From Amoebidium appalachense (Eukaryota > Protista > Ichthyosporea): a stretch of DNA of 64,000 nt. This document shows, one piece after another, positions 1 through 37,006 of this stretch; position 1 is the stretch's first letter, and each line of letters starts with the position of its first letter. The stretch spans positions 10,977,355 through 11,041,354 of the forward strand of contig CAVNZM010000006.1 of assembly GCA_963693365.1 (NCBI GenBank), in the 5' to 3' direction. The notes beneath the pieces are model-generated. The model saw only the letters and a program-made list of their open reading frames with translations, was not told where the DNA came from and made no database searches. The translations under genes were made by a program, and so were the position numbers.

Positions 1-238
1 TGCGCAGCAAGAATGGTTCAAGCATTAAGGCGAGAAACAGGAAAAGAGAAGAGAAATGGAATGGCATATGGGATATGTGAAGTTATAAATTCACCCAACA
101 GAGCCTAAAGGCGCACTGTTGCTCTATAGAAACAGATGTGTGGATGTATGTGTGTATGGATGTCTGTATGCAAAGTGAGCGAGCACAAAAGAGCGAGGGG
201 GAGCAAAAAGTGATACTATTGTGTAATTAGGGCTGCAC

Positions 239-7697
<7,459 letters not shown>

Positions 7698-8664
7698 GGT
7701 GGTTGCTGTTGCTTGGAAGTCCTGCTACTTTGAATAACGTCTTCAAGCTCTCACGTTTGAAGTAGCTACCATTCAACTTGAAACAAAAAATAATAACTAA
7801 ATCTACTCTTTATCTTTTCTTATGTGAGCTAATGGATTCGAACGGCCGTTTTTGTGCTGGGAGTTCGTTGTTCTTGTTGGGGGAAATTCATGAACGTTCA
7901 CGTCTTCACTAACATAGCCCCTTCTGGTTCAACACCGACGGCTGCAATAAGCTATTGCTTTTCGCTTGTATTATGTAACGCAGCTGGCTGTAATTACCTT
8001 CTAACTTTATACTAAATACACCAAAAAACGACACCAATGTAACAACCAACACCAGCCGGGTCTGCAGAATGGCACCAAGACGACTCGGGGACCGTGGTTG
8101 TTGAAGGGCACGGTGTCTGGCTCAGAGCCCGCCAAAAATCCTTATCGAAGCGATCGCACGAACCTGATTGGAGGTCCCTGCACATTAGTTGGAAGAGTGT
8201 AGGAAATTCACGGTGAACGCCAGCGCTGAGCTCATCAACACAATTGCAGTTTTCATGCATTTGTAAGCTTGAAAAGCAGAATAATACCCCTATCAATAAT
8301 ATATTTATATCGTTTATTATCTATAATGTTTTATTCGGGTGGTAATATTGTAATGGCACATGAATAGTGTAAGCGCCACCAAGTAGCCTCTATTGGAATT
8401 TGAACCAGCCCTCCTCTGTGTCTAAAGATATTCTGGAATACTATTGGTTGTCCCTGCACCAGTTTCTGTCGTGTTAGATCTATTGTATAGACTTCATGTT
8501 GGCGCAACCGACATGCAACTGCCACCGTTATACACGGCACGGACGGTGCTTGTAGCCGTGCATGTGGCTGCATGTGGCCGTGATAATAGCCATATTGCAA
8601 TAGTATTGCAGCAAAGCCAGACAGCGCCCCCCCCCCCCCCCCCTTTTTTTTAACACCCACGAAG

Positions 8665-8763
8665 ATGCACATGTGCACACACAAGCACACGAGCGCTTGC
8701 GCACACACACCACATACAACACACGCATACGTATACATGCACACACACACACACACACACGCA

Positions 8764-8794
<31 letters not shown>

Positions 8795-9141
8795 GCATGT
8801 ACACACACAAAAAAAGAACTCTTGAACACAAACACGCACACACGCGCGCGTGCGCATGAATGCACACACAGGCACATCCAGTTCACGCACACACACGCTC
8901 CCACGCGCAAGTGCATATGCACCGGCACACATGGGCACGCGCTCACAAAACATACACGCCCACCGTGGAAGAACATGCACGTACGTACACCCACACAAAC
9001 AGGAACACAACATACACACACACACACACACGGGCACACGCAACCCCCCTCCCTACACAGACACACACACACGCACGCACACACACACACACATGTAACA
9101 CACACACGCACGCACACACACGCACACGCACACGCACACGC

Positions 9142-9177
<36 letters not shown>

Positions 9178-9504
9178 GCACGCGCGCACACGCACACACA
9201 CGCACATACATACAAGCACACGCACGCACACATAGACGCGCACACACACACCTGTGACGCGTGCACACACGCACACACACACAAACCCAAAACACAAACA
9301 CATACACGCACACACACACACACACGGGCACACGCACCCCCTTCCTACACAGAAATGAAACACACGCGCGGCACAACACCCATGCACAGACAAGCATGCA
9401 CACGCACACGCACGCACACGCACACACACACTCGCACGCACACACGAACGCACGCGCACACACACACACACACGCACACACACGCACACACACACACGCA
9501 CACA

Positions 9505-9536
<32 letters not shown>

Positions 9537-9547
9537 CACACACACAG
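8665..9547. repeat. Compound (CA)n/(CACG)n low-complexity tract, intergenic
   Basis: About 0.9 kb of interspersed CA, CACG and CACGCA units. It explains the HT/CV-repeat ORFs here. Confidence 0.9.
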
Positions 9548-10077
9548 AAGCACAGAGTTGTGACAAACGTGGTATGCACCCTCCCCCCTGCACCCTACCC
9601 CTCCCCCTTTCCCAGACGCACACATAGACAGCCACACAAATTGGGCACACCCACGGTCCTCAGGAGAGGTGATAGTGAATGCTGAGTAATTGATCACTAT
9701 TACTATGAATCGTTTAAACTAGATTTGTAGGAGCCAAGCACGTGTTTGTGTGTTTAGGGTGCATACAACGGTTATTTGAAACTCTCTACCGTTCGACATA
9801 TCCCTCTCTGAGCGGTCACCGGCACCGTGTTTGCAGTAAAACTGACATGGATGGGCTCTCTCTACTGCGGATTTTCTGAGGAGTCCTGTCACGTTGAAGC
9901 GTCGGGTTCTCCGTCCCTGGATTTCCAGCTTTCACCCTCTTCTTCTTTGGCCGGAATGTGTGTGCGCCTTCAGATATCATTGATATTTGATTGGTAAAAA
10001 GAAGGCCAAGCTTGAATGGGGACCGAGAGAGGCTCTGAAGGCCAAAAAAAGGAAGTTTTAACGGAAGGGATGGGAGG

Positions 10078-10108
<31 letters not shown>

Positions 10109-10291
10109 GGGAAGCTTGAGCCGTGGTTCAAGCACTTATTTTTACGCCACGTGTGAAATGGGATATGAGGAAAAGTGGCAGTGATGACGGCAGTGTGGAA
10201 GGAGGTGGGAGAGGGAAGGGGAGAGGGGTGCAGATCGAGGGGTGTGAATAGCAGATGCAAGTGTTTGTGAGTGTGTGCCTTTTTTCGCGCG

Positions 10292-10335
<44 letters not shown>

Positions 10336-10774
10336 TGGAAAGGGAGAGATTGAGAGGGGAGGAATAAGGAATGCGAAGAGGCCCGGGCAATGAGCTCTGT
10401 ATAGGTCCGACTCGGAAGTTTTATCATTTTATAAGTTCAACGGATGTCTTTGTCTCTAACAAAAAATAAGAGGATGGTGGTTTTCCTTGTGCTTGAGCTG
10501 TGAATCCTTTAACCAACGAATTCATCAAAACAGGCCGTGTCTATGCCTGCAACTTCTTTTCCTGTCAGCGGCCCTGCCGCCATCCACATCATGCCAAATG
10601 CCTAATACGGTGGTTATGCAGAAGGACAGTGTTCATGCTGCAAACATGTTGATACTTTGGTTGTTGGGAATCTCAAAACATAACAAGATGAAGTGCAGTA
10701 ATACTGAGGAAACTAAACTAAGAAACAACCTAACTTTTACATCCGCTCACACTATCTTGTTAAACACCGATCAA

Positions 10775-13232
10775 TCACGCAACCAAACTAAGTTTTGCCG
10801 ACTTTGCAACCGGACCAGCAGTCTCATTTCCAAGCTCACTCTCCTCCTCCTCCATCTCCTGGATAGTGGCCCCCGTGAGTCTTCGATTGGTCGCCATGTC
10901 CCACAGACGCTTGTGATTGGACGAAATGATGGCGCGCAATTCGTCTAGATGGAATACCGCCGAATTCTTCCCAAACTCCTCCAATGAGGTGCTGCGTAGG
11001 CCCGGCCCCCCGAGGGTGTGGCGGCTTTCGATGCACTGTTTGCACCGACAGAATGACGCCATTGGCTCGTCGGGCGACAGAGGAATCCGGCCCATCATGT
11101 GCGCAAAGTGAGCAAACGTGCGGGCCACGTGCGAATCATAAGCAACGAGCTCATGTGTGAGGCGGAGGAGGGTAAACCCTACGACCGAAGAACCCTCGAC
11201 GGATATTGCGCGCGCCAGCTGCTTCACGACCTGCTCGTATGACCCCGCATACCCAATGGGCAGCGCATTCTCGCCTGCAAAACGCACCCCCGCCACCTTT
11301 GCCGCATGCACGGCCTCCTGCACGAGCTTTTCGGGCCGAGACAGGGCCTCTGCCGGCTGGGCATCACGGTACATCTCGAGGCACGTGAAGTTGAAGATGG
11401 CCCCAAACCGTGCCAGCACCCCCCCAATGCGCTTGAAGTAGTCCCCCACATACCCTGCCGTCTTTTCCGCTGCCCGTGACCCATGGCCCGCCAGCCAGTG
11501 CACCCCCGCAATCTTCACCGACAGCTTGAGACGGCCGGTCTGGGGATCCTTCTCCGGGAACACTAGACGGGCCATTTCGAGCATGCGCACGGCATGGGCC
11601 AAAAGGGCACCCGAGTACCACTCGAGGAAGCGGCGGCCGGAGGATGAGCGGTAGGTGTCGCAGGGGGTGTCGACGTGCATGTTGGGCCGGCCACGGGCCC
11701 AGAAGAAGGAGGTCTCGTCGGGCCGGTTGTTGTAGTCCCCGGCATTGCTGGGGGGTAGGCTGCGGCCAAGGTGGGTCTGCATGTCGGCAAGCATGCCTGC
11801 GGTGGGAGGATAAACAAAATTGTCGGTATAGAACGAACAGCATTTGGTCCTTTTTCTGGCAGGCGGGGGGAGGGAGGGGAAGGGGGGGGGGGGGGGGGGG
11901 GGGAGGTGAGGGCGGAAGGTGGGGAGGGGCAGTGGCGGCGGGGAGGGGGGGGGGGGGGGGTGCAAGGGATGGAGGGAAGGGGATTGGGTGGGATGGTGCA
12001 AGAGAGCGGGGCACTGAGGATGTAATGTGATGCAGAGAAGAAGGTGGCCAGACCAAAGAGGGGGAGTTAGGGGAGGGGGAGAGGGGGGAAATGGGGCGGG
12101 GAGAGGACGGGTGAGGAGCAGAGTGAGAGGAGGGACAGCACGAAGCCTTTAATAATAAAAACAAATGGAAGCAGCATTTTGAGAGTAGACAGCATGATAT
12201 ACGTAGAACCAGCCGGCTAAATAACGGAGGGAAAGAACGGATGAGAGGCTTAAGGAGGGTGCTCTCGGTTGAGGGAGAGGGGGGGGGGAAAAGGAGAGGG
12301 GGAGGTGTGTGTGTGTGTGTTTGGGGGGGGGGGGGGGGGGGGGGAGCACCAACCTGGATCATAGCACTGAAATGCCCCGATGCCCGGGTAGATCCACCCG
12401 TAGGTCATGGGGTATGCCGGGTAGCGCAGCTCCCCACACGGGCCCATGCCCACCTGCACCTCCAGCAGAATACCGTCGGCAATAAACTCACGTGCAGCAC
12501 GACGTAGCTCCCACAGAAAATCCGCATAGCAGTCCAGGGCAGTGCGCAAAGTGCGGCCACGGTGGTTGGGGAAGACCTGTTTGTTGTCACAGGACAGGGA
12601 GATGCACTCACGAGACTTGTTGCCGTGCTGGTCTATGTAGAAGAGGTCCGGTACCGTGGCCTCAAGGTCGAGCACCCACGAGGGAAGAGGGATGTTGACA
12701 CAGTCCCCTACATTGCCACCGCATGCATGCCACGCTGCTACCACCTGGTTATGGGGCAAGGGGTTAGTTTTGTGGATAAGGAGTTTGTAGAGAGAAAGGA
12801 ATCTTTATGAGAATGAGAGAATGTGACAAGAGAAAGAGAGGCAGTGTGGTGGGGAGGGCGAGGAGGGGTGTTAGGTAAGAGTTATCGAAAGCCTTTTCAT
12901 AAACCTTTCCCACATGAGTACAGCTTCTCCCTCCGCCCCCCCCCCCCCCCTCCCCCCCCTCCCCCCCCCCCCCCCCCCCCCTAAAAACAAAAAAAAAAAA
13001 AGCCTGATCCAAGCATTACTCAACCAGAACCACGTAAACGCCGACACACCCAAATTCCTCTTCGTACTTAGCACCACTTCCACATGAATGGAACAATGAT
13101 CCTTGCACCCCTCTTCTCGTCACACCACGTTAGCAAACTAAACACTAGCCAACAGGCTGTGTGGAAAGTCACCCGTCTTCTATTACTTTAAATGAAGACA
13201 CCCTCCAGCCCCCCCCCCCCCCTCCCCCCGTC

Positions 13233-13264
<32 letters not shown>

Positions 13265-14167
13265 TTTCCCCGCCCTTTCCCTATTCCCAGTGGAATACGG
13301 ATAAGAGCACACGAGTGAGGGGGGATGCCAACCATACTGTTTATATGCACTCTAAGCCCTGTCTAGTCGAGGGTTTCTTGGCGGGGACTGCATGCAACCC
13401 TTTGCACGTGAGCAGGATTTCACCCTCTCTCTTGCAATACTTTTCTTTTCTCTTTCCGTTCTTCTTCTTCTTTTTTATTTTTCCTTTCCTTTCCTTTCCT
13501 TTTCTTTTTCTTTATTTTTTTTCTTCTTCTTTTTCCATGCACAAAACAACAGTTCACATAGAAATGAATTAGGCGGGCCCCCCAAAAAAATTGTCCCCCC
13601 CCCCCCTCCCCCCTCCTCCCCCCTCCACCCCCCTCCACCCCCCTCCCTCTTTTTGATCTCCCCAGAATCCCCTCCTCTTTTTCTTCTACTGTTCCCTTTT
13701 TTTCTTGACGATCTAAAGTACATATGGAAGAAAGACGTGGGAGGCAACCCAGCGAAGAAGGGAGGGGGGGAGTTGTTAGTCTGAAAGGGACGAAGGGCGG
13801 GATATGGAATCACTAGAAAACGATTTTCTCTTTTTTCTATCTTTCTTTTTGTTTTTTTTAAAAACGGGAAGTATTTACGGAAGAAAGACGGTGGATGGAA
13901 CCTAACGAAGAAGGGAGAAGGGGGGAAAAAGCTCGAAGTGTTTGTCACGTGGAGTTATACATCATATACTCGGAACTCTCCACGAGGGATGAGCTGTGGG
14001 TGCTGCTACAGTGACAACAAGGGGGAAAGAGGGGGATAACGATGGTGGAATGTATGGATCGGGCTACTATGCAAATAGTCTAGGAGGATGGGTAGGTGGA
14101 GGGTGGGGTAAGTGGCCGTGGAGAAGTTGGTGTTTTATATATTTGTTTTTCTTGTCTTTTTTCCCCA

Positions 14168-14198
<31 letters not shown>

Positions 14199-14735
14199 CT
14201 AAACATCAGACCAGGGTGAGAGAGAAAGACAGTGTGAGTGAATGAGTAGGCACTTCTTAGGTGAATTTGTGTGCCTCGAGATGAAGAATGGGGAAGATAA
14301 ATGGGATTCAAATGTGAGAGGCTACTTGAGTCGTAAGGGAGAGACTGGTGGGGGAGGAGTGGGGAGGCCGGGGAGGGGGGAGGGGAAGGGGAAGAGAGGG
14401 GAGGGGGAGGGAGGGAGGGAGAAGAGGAGGTGGTGGGGGGGGGGGGGGGGGGAGGGGGGGGGGGTGTTTGGGGAGGAAGGGAAGGGGGGAAAGGGGGGGG
14501 TCACTCATACTTGGCAGCACAGACCGATGTCCCGGCACATGCTCATGATAGCGAGGTAGCGGCTGAAGTTGTAGAAGCCTGGCTCGGGCTCACAGATGCC
14601 CCACCACATGTCGAACATGACCCCCTTGGCCCCCATCTCATGCAGTCGATGCAGTTGCCACCGGAGTTCGTCCGTTGGTGCTGCATCCAAAGGGAGCATG
14701 ACAAAAACGGGGACTCCATACGTGCCTTGCTTCAT
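10775..14735 (-). CDS. Beta-amylase (glycoside hydrolase family 14)
   Basis: Three exons with consistent phases: 14735-14511, 12744-12354, 11796-10775. GH14 motifs: VPVFVMLPLD, GVMFDMWWG, HACGGNVGD, GMGPCGELRYPAY (catalytic Glu), GIGAFQCYD, FLEWYS, KIAGVHW, NFTCLEM, AGENAL (second catalytic Glu), FTLLRL. Confidence 0.95.
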
Positions 14736-15590
14736 ATTGATGGGTGGGTGGGTGTGCAGTGGCGAGGTGGGTGGTGGTGTGGTCGTGGTAAGTCACAGGT
14801 GCAGCTTTGAAGAACTTGTGACCGACAAAGGGAAAAACCGAGGATAGAGAAGAAGGGCAAGGGAGTAATAGGGACGGGCAGCGTTCGGTTTAGTGTGCTG
14901 ATATGAAGTAGCTGCGTATGGCGGTAGTAAAGGGGAAGCGTTTTGTTTTGTGCCTTTGTGTCCCCAAATATTTTATCTGGGTGTAGGCAGAATCAAGAGG
15001 TCTATTTGCATCTGCTTGTTCGATATGCTTGTAGCTAGGGTTCCTCGTGGAATGACAACTGATGGCAGTCTCCCGCCTTTTATGACTTGGAAGAAAATCA
15101 TGTTTGAAACCACAATGAGAAAACAGCCCAAAAGGGACGGGAAAATCGGGAATCAGCACCTCAGTGCAGCCACGTATCGTGGCAAACGGTCATGGATCGT
15201 GTTGGGTTGTTGTTTGTTTATCGATTACTGTTAGCCCGCGCAAACCTCTCATTGGTGGTTTTCAGCCAATAAATAATAACCTATTGAGATCAAATCAAAA
15301 GTGTAATAAATGAACTGTTTATGGTAAAAAAGCAATGAAGGAAGTTGATGACGTTTACCCACTGTGAACTCGCAACATGTGTTCTGGCTTTTGTCGACAC
15401 ATGACACAACAACATACACATGTATATAGAAACTGGGCACACAGGCCTGGGGCAACCTGAAGATGACGCGCATCACATGTCGGTCACATGACAGAACACG
15501 TCATTTCCTGTACATACTCTTGCAGGTTCCTCTGCGCGCGTACGCATGCCAAGTCTCGCTCATGTCAAGTTGATTTCGGACTGTCCTGAG

Positions 15591-16187
15591 TGTCAGAATA
15601 AATAATGCGTTTAATGATATCTCACTCACTCCTTAGTTCTATTTTAGGTGTTTTTGGTCTTTGTTAGAGAGATCTGTGTAAATACGCGTGTGTTTCTTAG
15701 TCACTTGGCATATCCGATCAGATTAATAGGACCACAAAAGAGAGCACAAGTGTACTTGCCTTCGTATATAAGCAGCTACTGTCTGGACAGTAGCTCTGGG
15801 TTCGACAGTCATTATATACGAGTGTGCCGTCATTTGTAGGTCACCCCCGACACTTGTGATGGTCAGTGTGTGTGTGCCGTCACACACAACTGCAGCATTC
15901 AGCACCTTTGTGGATAAGCTTGATCACCTTAGCTACGTTAGTGTTAGGTTGCAGTCACTAGCTGTCGTACTTGTGTATTGCTGCAGACGCGAGACAGCGC
16001 GGGATAATAAGGGTTTGAGTGACGACTCAATAGTGTGAAGACTTTATTAATAGTCTGGGTGCCAACCCCATGTGCCTTAGTTTAGTGACACGATAGATAG
16101 AGGATGGCTAGCTTACGGTGCCGCCCTTCTATAGAATAAGTGGAGTGCCGTCTCCAGAGATAGTATAGTGTGAAACGTTTTCTGACA
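15591..16187. mobile_element. Solo LTR of an LTR retrotransposon (597 bp)
   Basis: Begins TGTCAGAA (15591) and ends TTCTGACA (16187): TG...CA ends with an 8-bp perfect inverted repeat. Flanked by an exact 5-bp direct repeat CTGAG (15586-15590 and 16188-16192). No coding capacity, and none of the homopolymer tracts of the host DNA. Confidence 0.8.
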
Positions 16188-17033
16188 CTGAGGATCCATG
16201 GCCATGTGTGCACGGATTCCGAGAATCCTCTGCACTACACGACCAGTACCTCTATCGAGTAGTCGATGATTATGTTTTTTTAGTCCCTTTGTGCATGTAT
16301 ATTATGTATTAAATAATTAATAACACACGTGTGTGCGCGCGTGTATGTATAAACGGGTGTATGTGTGTTTTTGCTCGTGCGCGCACGCGTCTGTGCGTGC
16401 CTGTCCAACGTGGGTGGGCCACCAAAAGTAGCAAGAACACTTACGTACAGGTAAACGTGACATGTATGTGCAGAAGAAATCCTGAATTATGATGATGTTG
16501 GTGGCAAATTTAAAGCTACAATTGCAAGCTCAGCTGACTTCAAGTGGGCACAGCTAGCCGCTGCCATTTACTTTGTACTACACATTCTCATGAACACGGA
16601 AACCCACCTGTCTCTAGCCCCTCAAGGACCTCAGAGGGCCGTGACCTTTGAGCGAGAAGCCTGGGCCCGGCAGAGCTCGCTATGTAGCAGCCTGCCGGCA
16701 GTTAAGCTGCAGGGTTGCGCAAGCAACGAATCACTTTGTGATTGGCCACTGACGCACCAACCTAAATCCCCCTAGAGGTCTCCCCAGATCGCTCAGAAAG
16801 GATGAAAGGAGGAGGAGAGAGGCTCTGGCCGTGCATGAACTTCTGAGCAACACAGGAAGAGGCGTGCACTCAGGCACAACGCATATGAAGGGCTGGTATC
16901 ACTATTGTAGCAATACAGTAGTTTTAAGACCACTCTTGCAGCAGAATAACATGGTCGAAAAGCCCTACAAGCATCAGCTTGTCGAATAGCAACTTTCGCT
17001 GCCTACTCTGACGCCAACCTAGCATATTGCTAG

Positions 17034-32463
<15,430 letters not shown>

Positions 32464-33589
32464 CCACCGTGCAAGGCACCTTGCCCCCCCTGCCTCACTG
32501 CGTCTGTGCATTGTAGGTGCCACTGTACTGGCACAAACACACATAACTGACCATGCACGAATGATATCCAAATTATTAATGTTGCCCCACACAGCCGGAG
32601 ATCTGTGCAGACTTTGTCCTTAGGGCAGATCCAAGGACAGAGTGGAATCCTAAGGTAGTGGCTGTAGCCGTAGAGACCACAGGCACACTTCCATCGAATG
32701 GGTCTGTCATAATTTGCCGGATTAATGGAATTTTTGTGGCCCTGATTAGTCTGATGCAATCACTGGATCTGGATATAACACAGTATTCCCCATGAAGTTT
32801 TTTTATGGTTTTTAATAGTGATTTTTTAAATGATACTGAGGTTGTCTGCTCATATATTCAATAGATATATGGCCGCCTTCTTGCTGCCAGACCCCACATG
32901 CTTATTTGCCTTACCTTAATTCTTGAAGTAGTCAACGATAACCCGCTAAGGCCCATTTGTAACTGTAGAATCTTGAATATCACGTGCAATTGTGATTGTA
33001 CTCGGTTAGGTACGCTGACTCGGGCGAGAGATGTAATACATGTACATACTCTAAAGCCTCCGAGTGATAATATTAAGTACCATGCTTGCATATGTATAGG
33101 TGCACTGAAACAGGATTTCAGGTCCGTGTAGTGAGTGTCGCGATAGTCGCCTGTAGTTACTCTAATGTAATCCTAAAGCAAGGGATAACGTATAAATGCA
33201 GATATATGGGACACACATGTGCAAGCTTAAAGTAGACATGGAACAGAATATGTATGTACATACTGAGCATGGGCATACTTAACCCTCGACAGTGATTCCT
33301 ACAGGTATAATACAACACACACAATAAATTATCAGCCTCTATGGCAGTTGCTCACTTTCCCAGCTCCCCTTGCTCTGCCCGTTGCAACCACAAATGTTTA
33401 AGTCATGCAACCTTATCCACCTCTGCTCAGATCTCCTGCCCTTCCCTGCTCATCTCTCCATCCCTCCAATTAGTTCCGTCCCTCGTTGCCGTTCTTCCCC
33501 CTCACAGGTGTGCCTTGGCCTCCCTTAGGCCCTCAGCACCTCAAGAGGGGGTCGGATGGGACGACAGGAGAAGGGGGGCGGGGGAGTGT

Positions 33590-33602
<13 letters not shown>

Positions 33603-33673
<71 letters not shown>

Positions 33674-33900
33674 GGGGGGAACATGGATTTGCACCAACTA
33701 AGCACCCGCCTTGACGCAGGGTTTTGGTCTAGAGCAAATTTTGAAATGTGGCACATGAATTCGCATACCATGGCCACACACTACACACGTATTGTAACAC
33801 AAGTCTTTTTAATCCTGCTTTGTTCCCTGAGATCCCCCATTACACGTACGTAAGTCACGAGCCCGGAATCAAGAAGCCTTGCTCGGACACCCCGGCGCGG

Positions 33901-33983
<83 letters not shown>
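33603..33983. repeat. Two long poly-G runs (~70 and ~80 nt)
   Basis: Homopolymers at ~33605-33680 and ~33899-33983. Confidence 0.9.
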
Positions 33984-33984
<1 letters not shown>

Positions 33985-35303
33985 AGGTAGAGATATTTTG
34001 ATGACAGTAGCAGGTATTGGGTAGAGGCAACTTAACCTAATTAGTCGACATCATACCGTTCAACTTACCAGGTAGCTATACGTATGTAGAACCAGCCTGA
34101 AGCAGCTGGTTTGTTGTTGAACTTTCGGAATCCCGGTATATATAATTTATCTACAGCATGCACCGTGACCGTCTTTAATTGCAGCCGCATGATTCGTCAC
34201 CCTACTACCGGTACCCCCTGGTTTTCGTCACCCTAATCGTTCTTCCATCAAGCCTAGGCGTAATACACCAAGAACCACTATTGGGCTGGCTAGCTAAAAA
34301 ACACTGGGCAAATAGGGATCATCCAATCCGATTTGTTGTCCACACCACAATCAAAACTTCAGATCTACTTGCGTGTGGTCACGTGCGTTTGAATGGCAAA
34401 GCACCTGCTACCTATACAGCTGCCAACACGTTTGTATTCATGCTATCAGGTCTAGTGGACTTGACCTCTGCCTGATCCTGCGTAACATCAAGTACCACAT
34501 GGAGTGATCACACCGATGCATCGTGCTCGTGATCATCATCATGCAGCCTGGGACACACTGATAACCGTGACTTCAGTAAACAGCTGCCTCTCGAGGTATT
34601 GCCACTAAGCTGCCTCTTGTCACCTGCAAGGCGTCTTATGTTGAAAGTGACTTGGGTGAAAAACTGTAAAAATGATTGGACATCACCAACCGAGCGATCT
34701 GATTCGTTCAAGTTGGCAACTTGGCGCCAAACCCACCAGCCAATCACAGAGCAGGAATGACATTACATAACGCAAAATTGCAAAAAAGCAAGCGCGCACC
34801 AACGTCACCAACAAAAACACACGCCAGTTCCAGCTCTCTGAATAGAAAACAATAAAAAAAGTAGGAATATTAGTGCGTTTAGTCCTTCTTTAGTGCACAC
34901 GATGGTTTGAGTTCTTGTTATAGAGGCCATGTAACCTGTGCTCTGCTAAGCAACACAAGAAACCTCCCTGCACCTGCAGCATAGCACCCTCTGTAGGTGG
35001 GAGTTTCTTTATGTCAGAAATAGCCTCTACATCATTGACGCAGCTTTCAGCAAAACTCAAGTTAACAGCAGATACAAGGGAAACAGGCCAACACAAATTA
35101 TTTCAGTTTCAACTAATCTTTTTTCTGAGCATGCACCAGCTTTCATCTGCTACTGCCATCACACACTCGCCTATGACCATCGATTGCTAGGTGTGCCCGG
35201 TTGGTGGTCGTCAGCTTGGCGTCCACGGCCATGTTCCGTCCCACCGCCACCACATTTTTCTCCCCGCAGTGTGAATGCTCAAAGGTGGCGTGTGGTGGCC
35301 ACG

Positions 35304-35543
35304 ATGGACAGCCTGGCGCCAAGGGACGGGGGAGAGGCGGGGGTAGACGCCCAGAGCATTGCAGAGGAGGAGGCGGACTTTTACAACTACGAGCCCCTGC
35401 CGCCACAGACGGCAGCAGAGAGGGCCTCCGTGTGGAACCAGGACTACAAGCTGGGCCTGCTGTTTGCGGGGGTGCTGCTGGGGCTGCTCGTGTTTGTGTT
35501 GGGTGGCCTCTACATCCTGATGGTCTACGCAAGTGTGGGCTAG
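35304..35543 (+). CDS. Small hypothetical protein (~79 aa) with C-terminal hydrophobic segment, putative tail-anchored membrane protein
   Basis: GC3-rich, repeat-free ORF MDSLAPRDGGEAGVDAQSIAEEEADFYNYEPLPPQTAAERASVWNQDYKLGLLFAGVLLGLLVFVLGGLYILMVYASVG*. It is preceded by an acceptor-like TTTTTCTCCCCGCAG (~35269), so upstream exons are possible. Confidence 0.55.
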   Translation: MDSLAPRDGGEAGVDAQSIAEEEADFYNYEPLPPQTAAERASVWNQDYKLGLLFAGVLLGLLVFVLGGLYILMVYASVG

Positions 35544-35936
35544 AACGTGGCACACAGCCGTCGGTGTTGTTGTTTATTCGGACAAAAAGAACCCGCACAA
35601 TATGACGTGTAACTTCCATACGGCGCTCGAGAATGGATGGTTTGGCGGAAGGCGGAGAGTCGGTGCGCCAGGCAGTGAGAAGACACGTAGAGGCCACTGT
35701 GGATGGACGGTGGCAGGCTAGCTGGACGTGTGGGTAGGGCACACACCCAAAGTGTATTTACCCTCTGTCGGCCAGGCTTGTGGTTATGTGGGCAACTGTG
35801 GGCACACCGCACCACCCACTATGTTGCAGGTACAGCAGCCAGCACCACACATACCAAGCCTCCGCAAAGCACAGGCAGAGGTTTTAAACGTATGTTTTGA
35901 ATGTGCGCCCTAGTGTACATGAATAGTGCTTACCGG

Positions 35937-36030
<94 letters not shown>

Positions 36031-36193
36031 GACACTGGAGCCCCCCCCCCCCCCCTCCCCCCACACTCATCCCCCTCTCCCCCCCCCCCAGCCCGCTGGC
36101 TCCCCTCGTCACTCCCCCTCCTCCTCCCCCTGCAGACACACACACACCGACACACACACACACACACACACACACATACGCTCACACCGGCTC

Positions 36194-36265
<72 letters not shown>

Positions 36266-36524
36266 ACGACATATGCTTCCATATACACAATGACGACCCT
36301 TACGTACACATATACGACACACACACACATTCATATATACACACACAACAGACACACACACACTCACTACATCGGTGTAAATTTGGGCAACTTGCTCACC
36401 CAAGCACTGTTTTGCGGGTGGACAGATTTTGTTTCGTGTCAGGGCTGTTCATAGTTTAGTGTAGTGGTTCCGGTCAAAATGGAATGCGCTTTCTGACTGC
36501 GTTATGAACACATCCACCAACCAT

Positions 36525-36569
<45 letters not shown>

Positions 36570-36589
36570 CACACGCACACGCACGCCCG

Positions 36590-36658
<69 letters not shown>

Positions 36659-36972
36659 AGACACTCACAACCTCTGTCCTCGCCTCAATCTCGTACGTAT
36701 AGAATGAAGGTGTTGCAGGCCGTAGGGCTGCAACAGGCATTAGCTCTTAGCATGTATGTGGTATGGCCCGTAATGGCATGAATGCAGATATTATAAATAT
36801 TATAAATGTTATAAATACCGATGTGATACCTGGGCAGTGCCTGGGTGGAAGCAGCCGCTGTTTCTCGAATATGCGCATACAGAGGGGTGTGGATTGAATG
36901 CACATACCTGGGGGGGGGCCTGCATGAACACCCAAGAGGGTGTAGATTGCATGCGCATATGGGGGCCCGCCC

Positions 36973-37006
<34 letters not shown>

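Noticed and set aside
9770-9960. Exon-like minus-strand stretch (RPKKKRVK...)
   Set aside because: There are no supporting splice partners or start. It may be UTR or intergenic.
16198-16900. Possible degenerate chromodomain / upstream exons of the B3-SET gene
   Set aside because: Exon-like fragments exist (EEILNYDDVGGKF, LRKDERRRREALAVHELL), but I could not join them in consistent phase and the chromodomain aromatic cage is not evident.
32620-32775. Possible MITE (CAGATCCA / TGGATCTG inverted repeat)
   Set aside because: Only an 8-bp match and no TSD.
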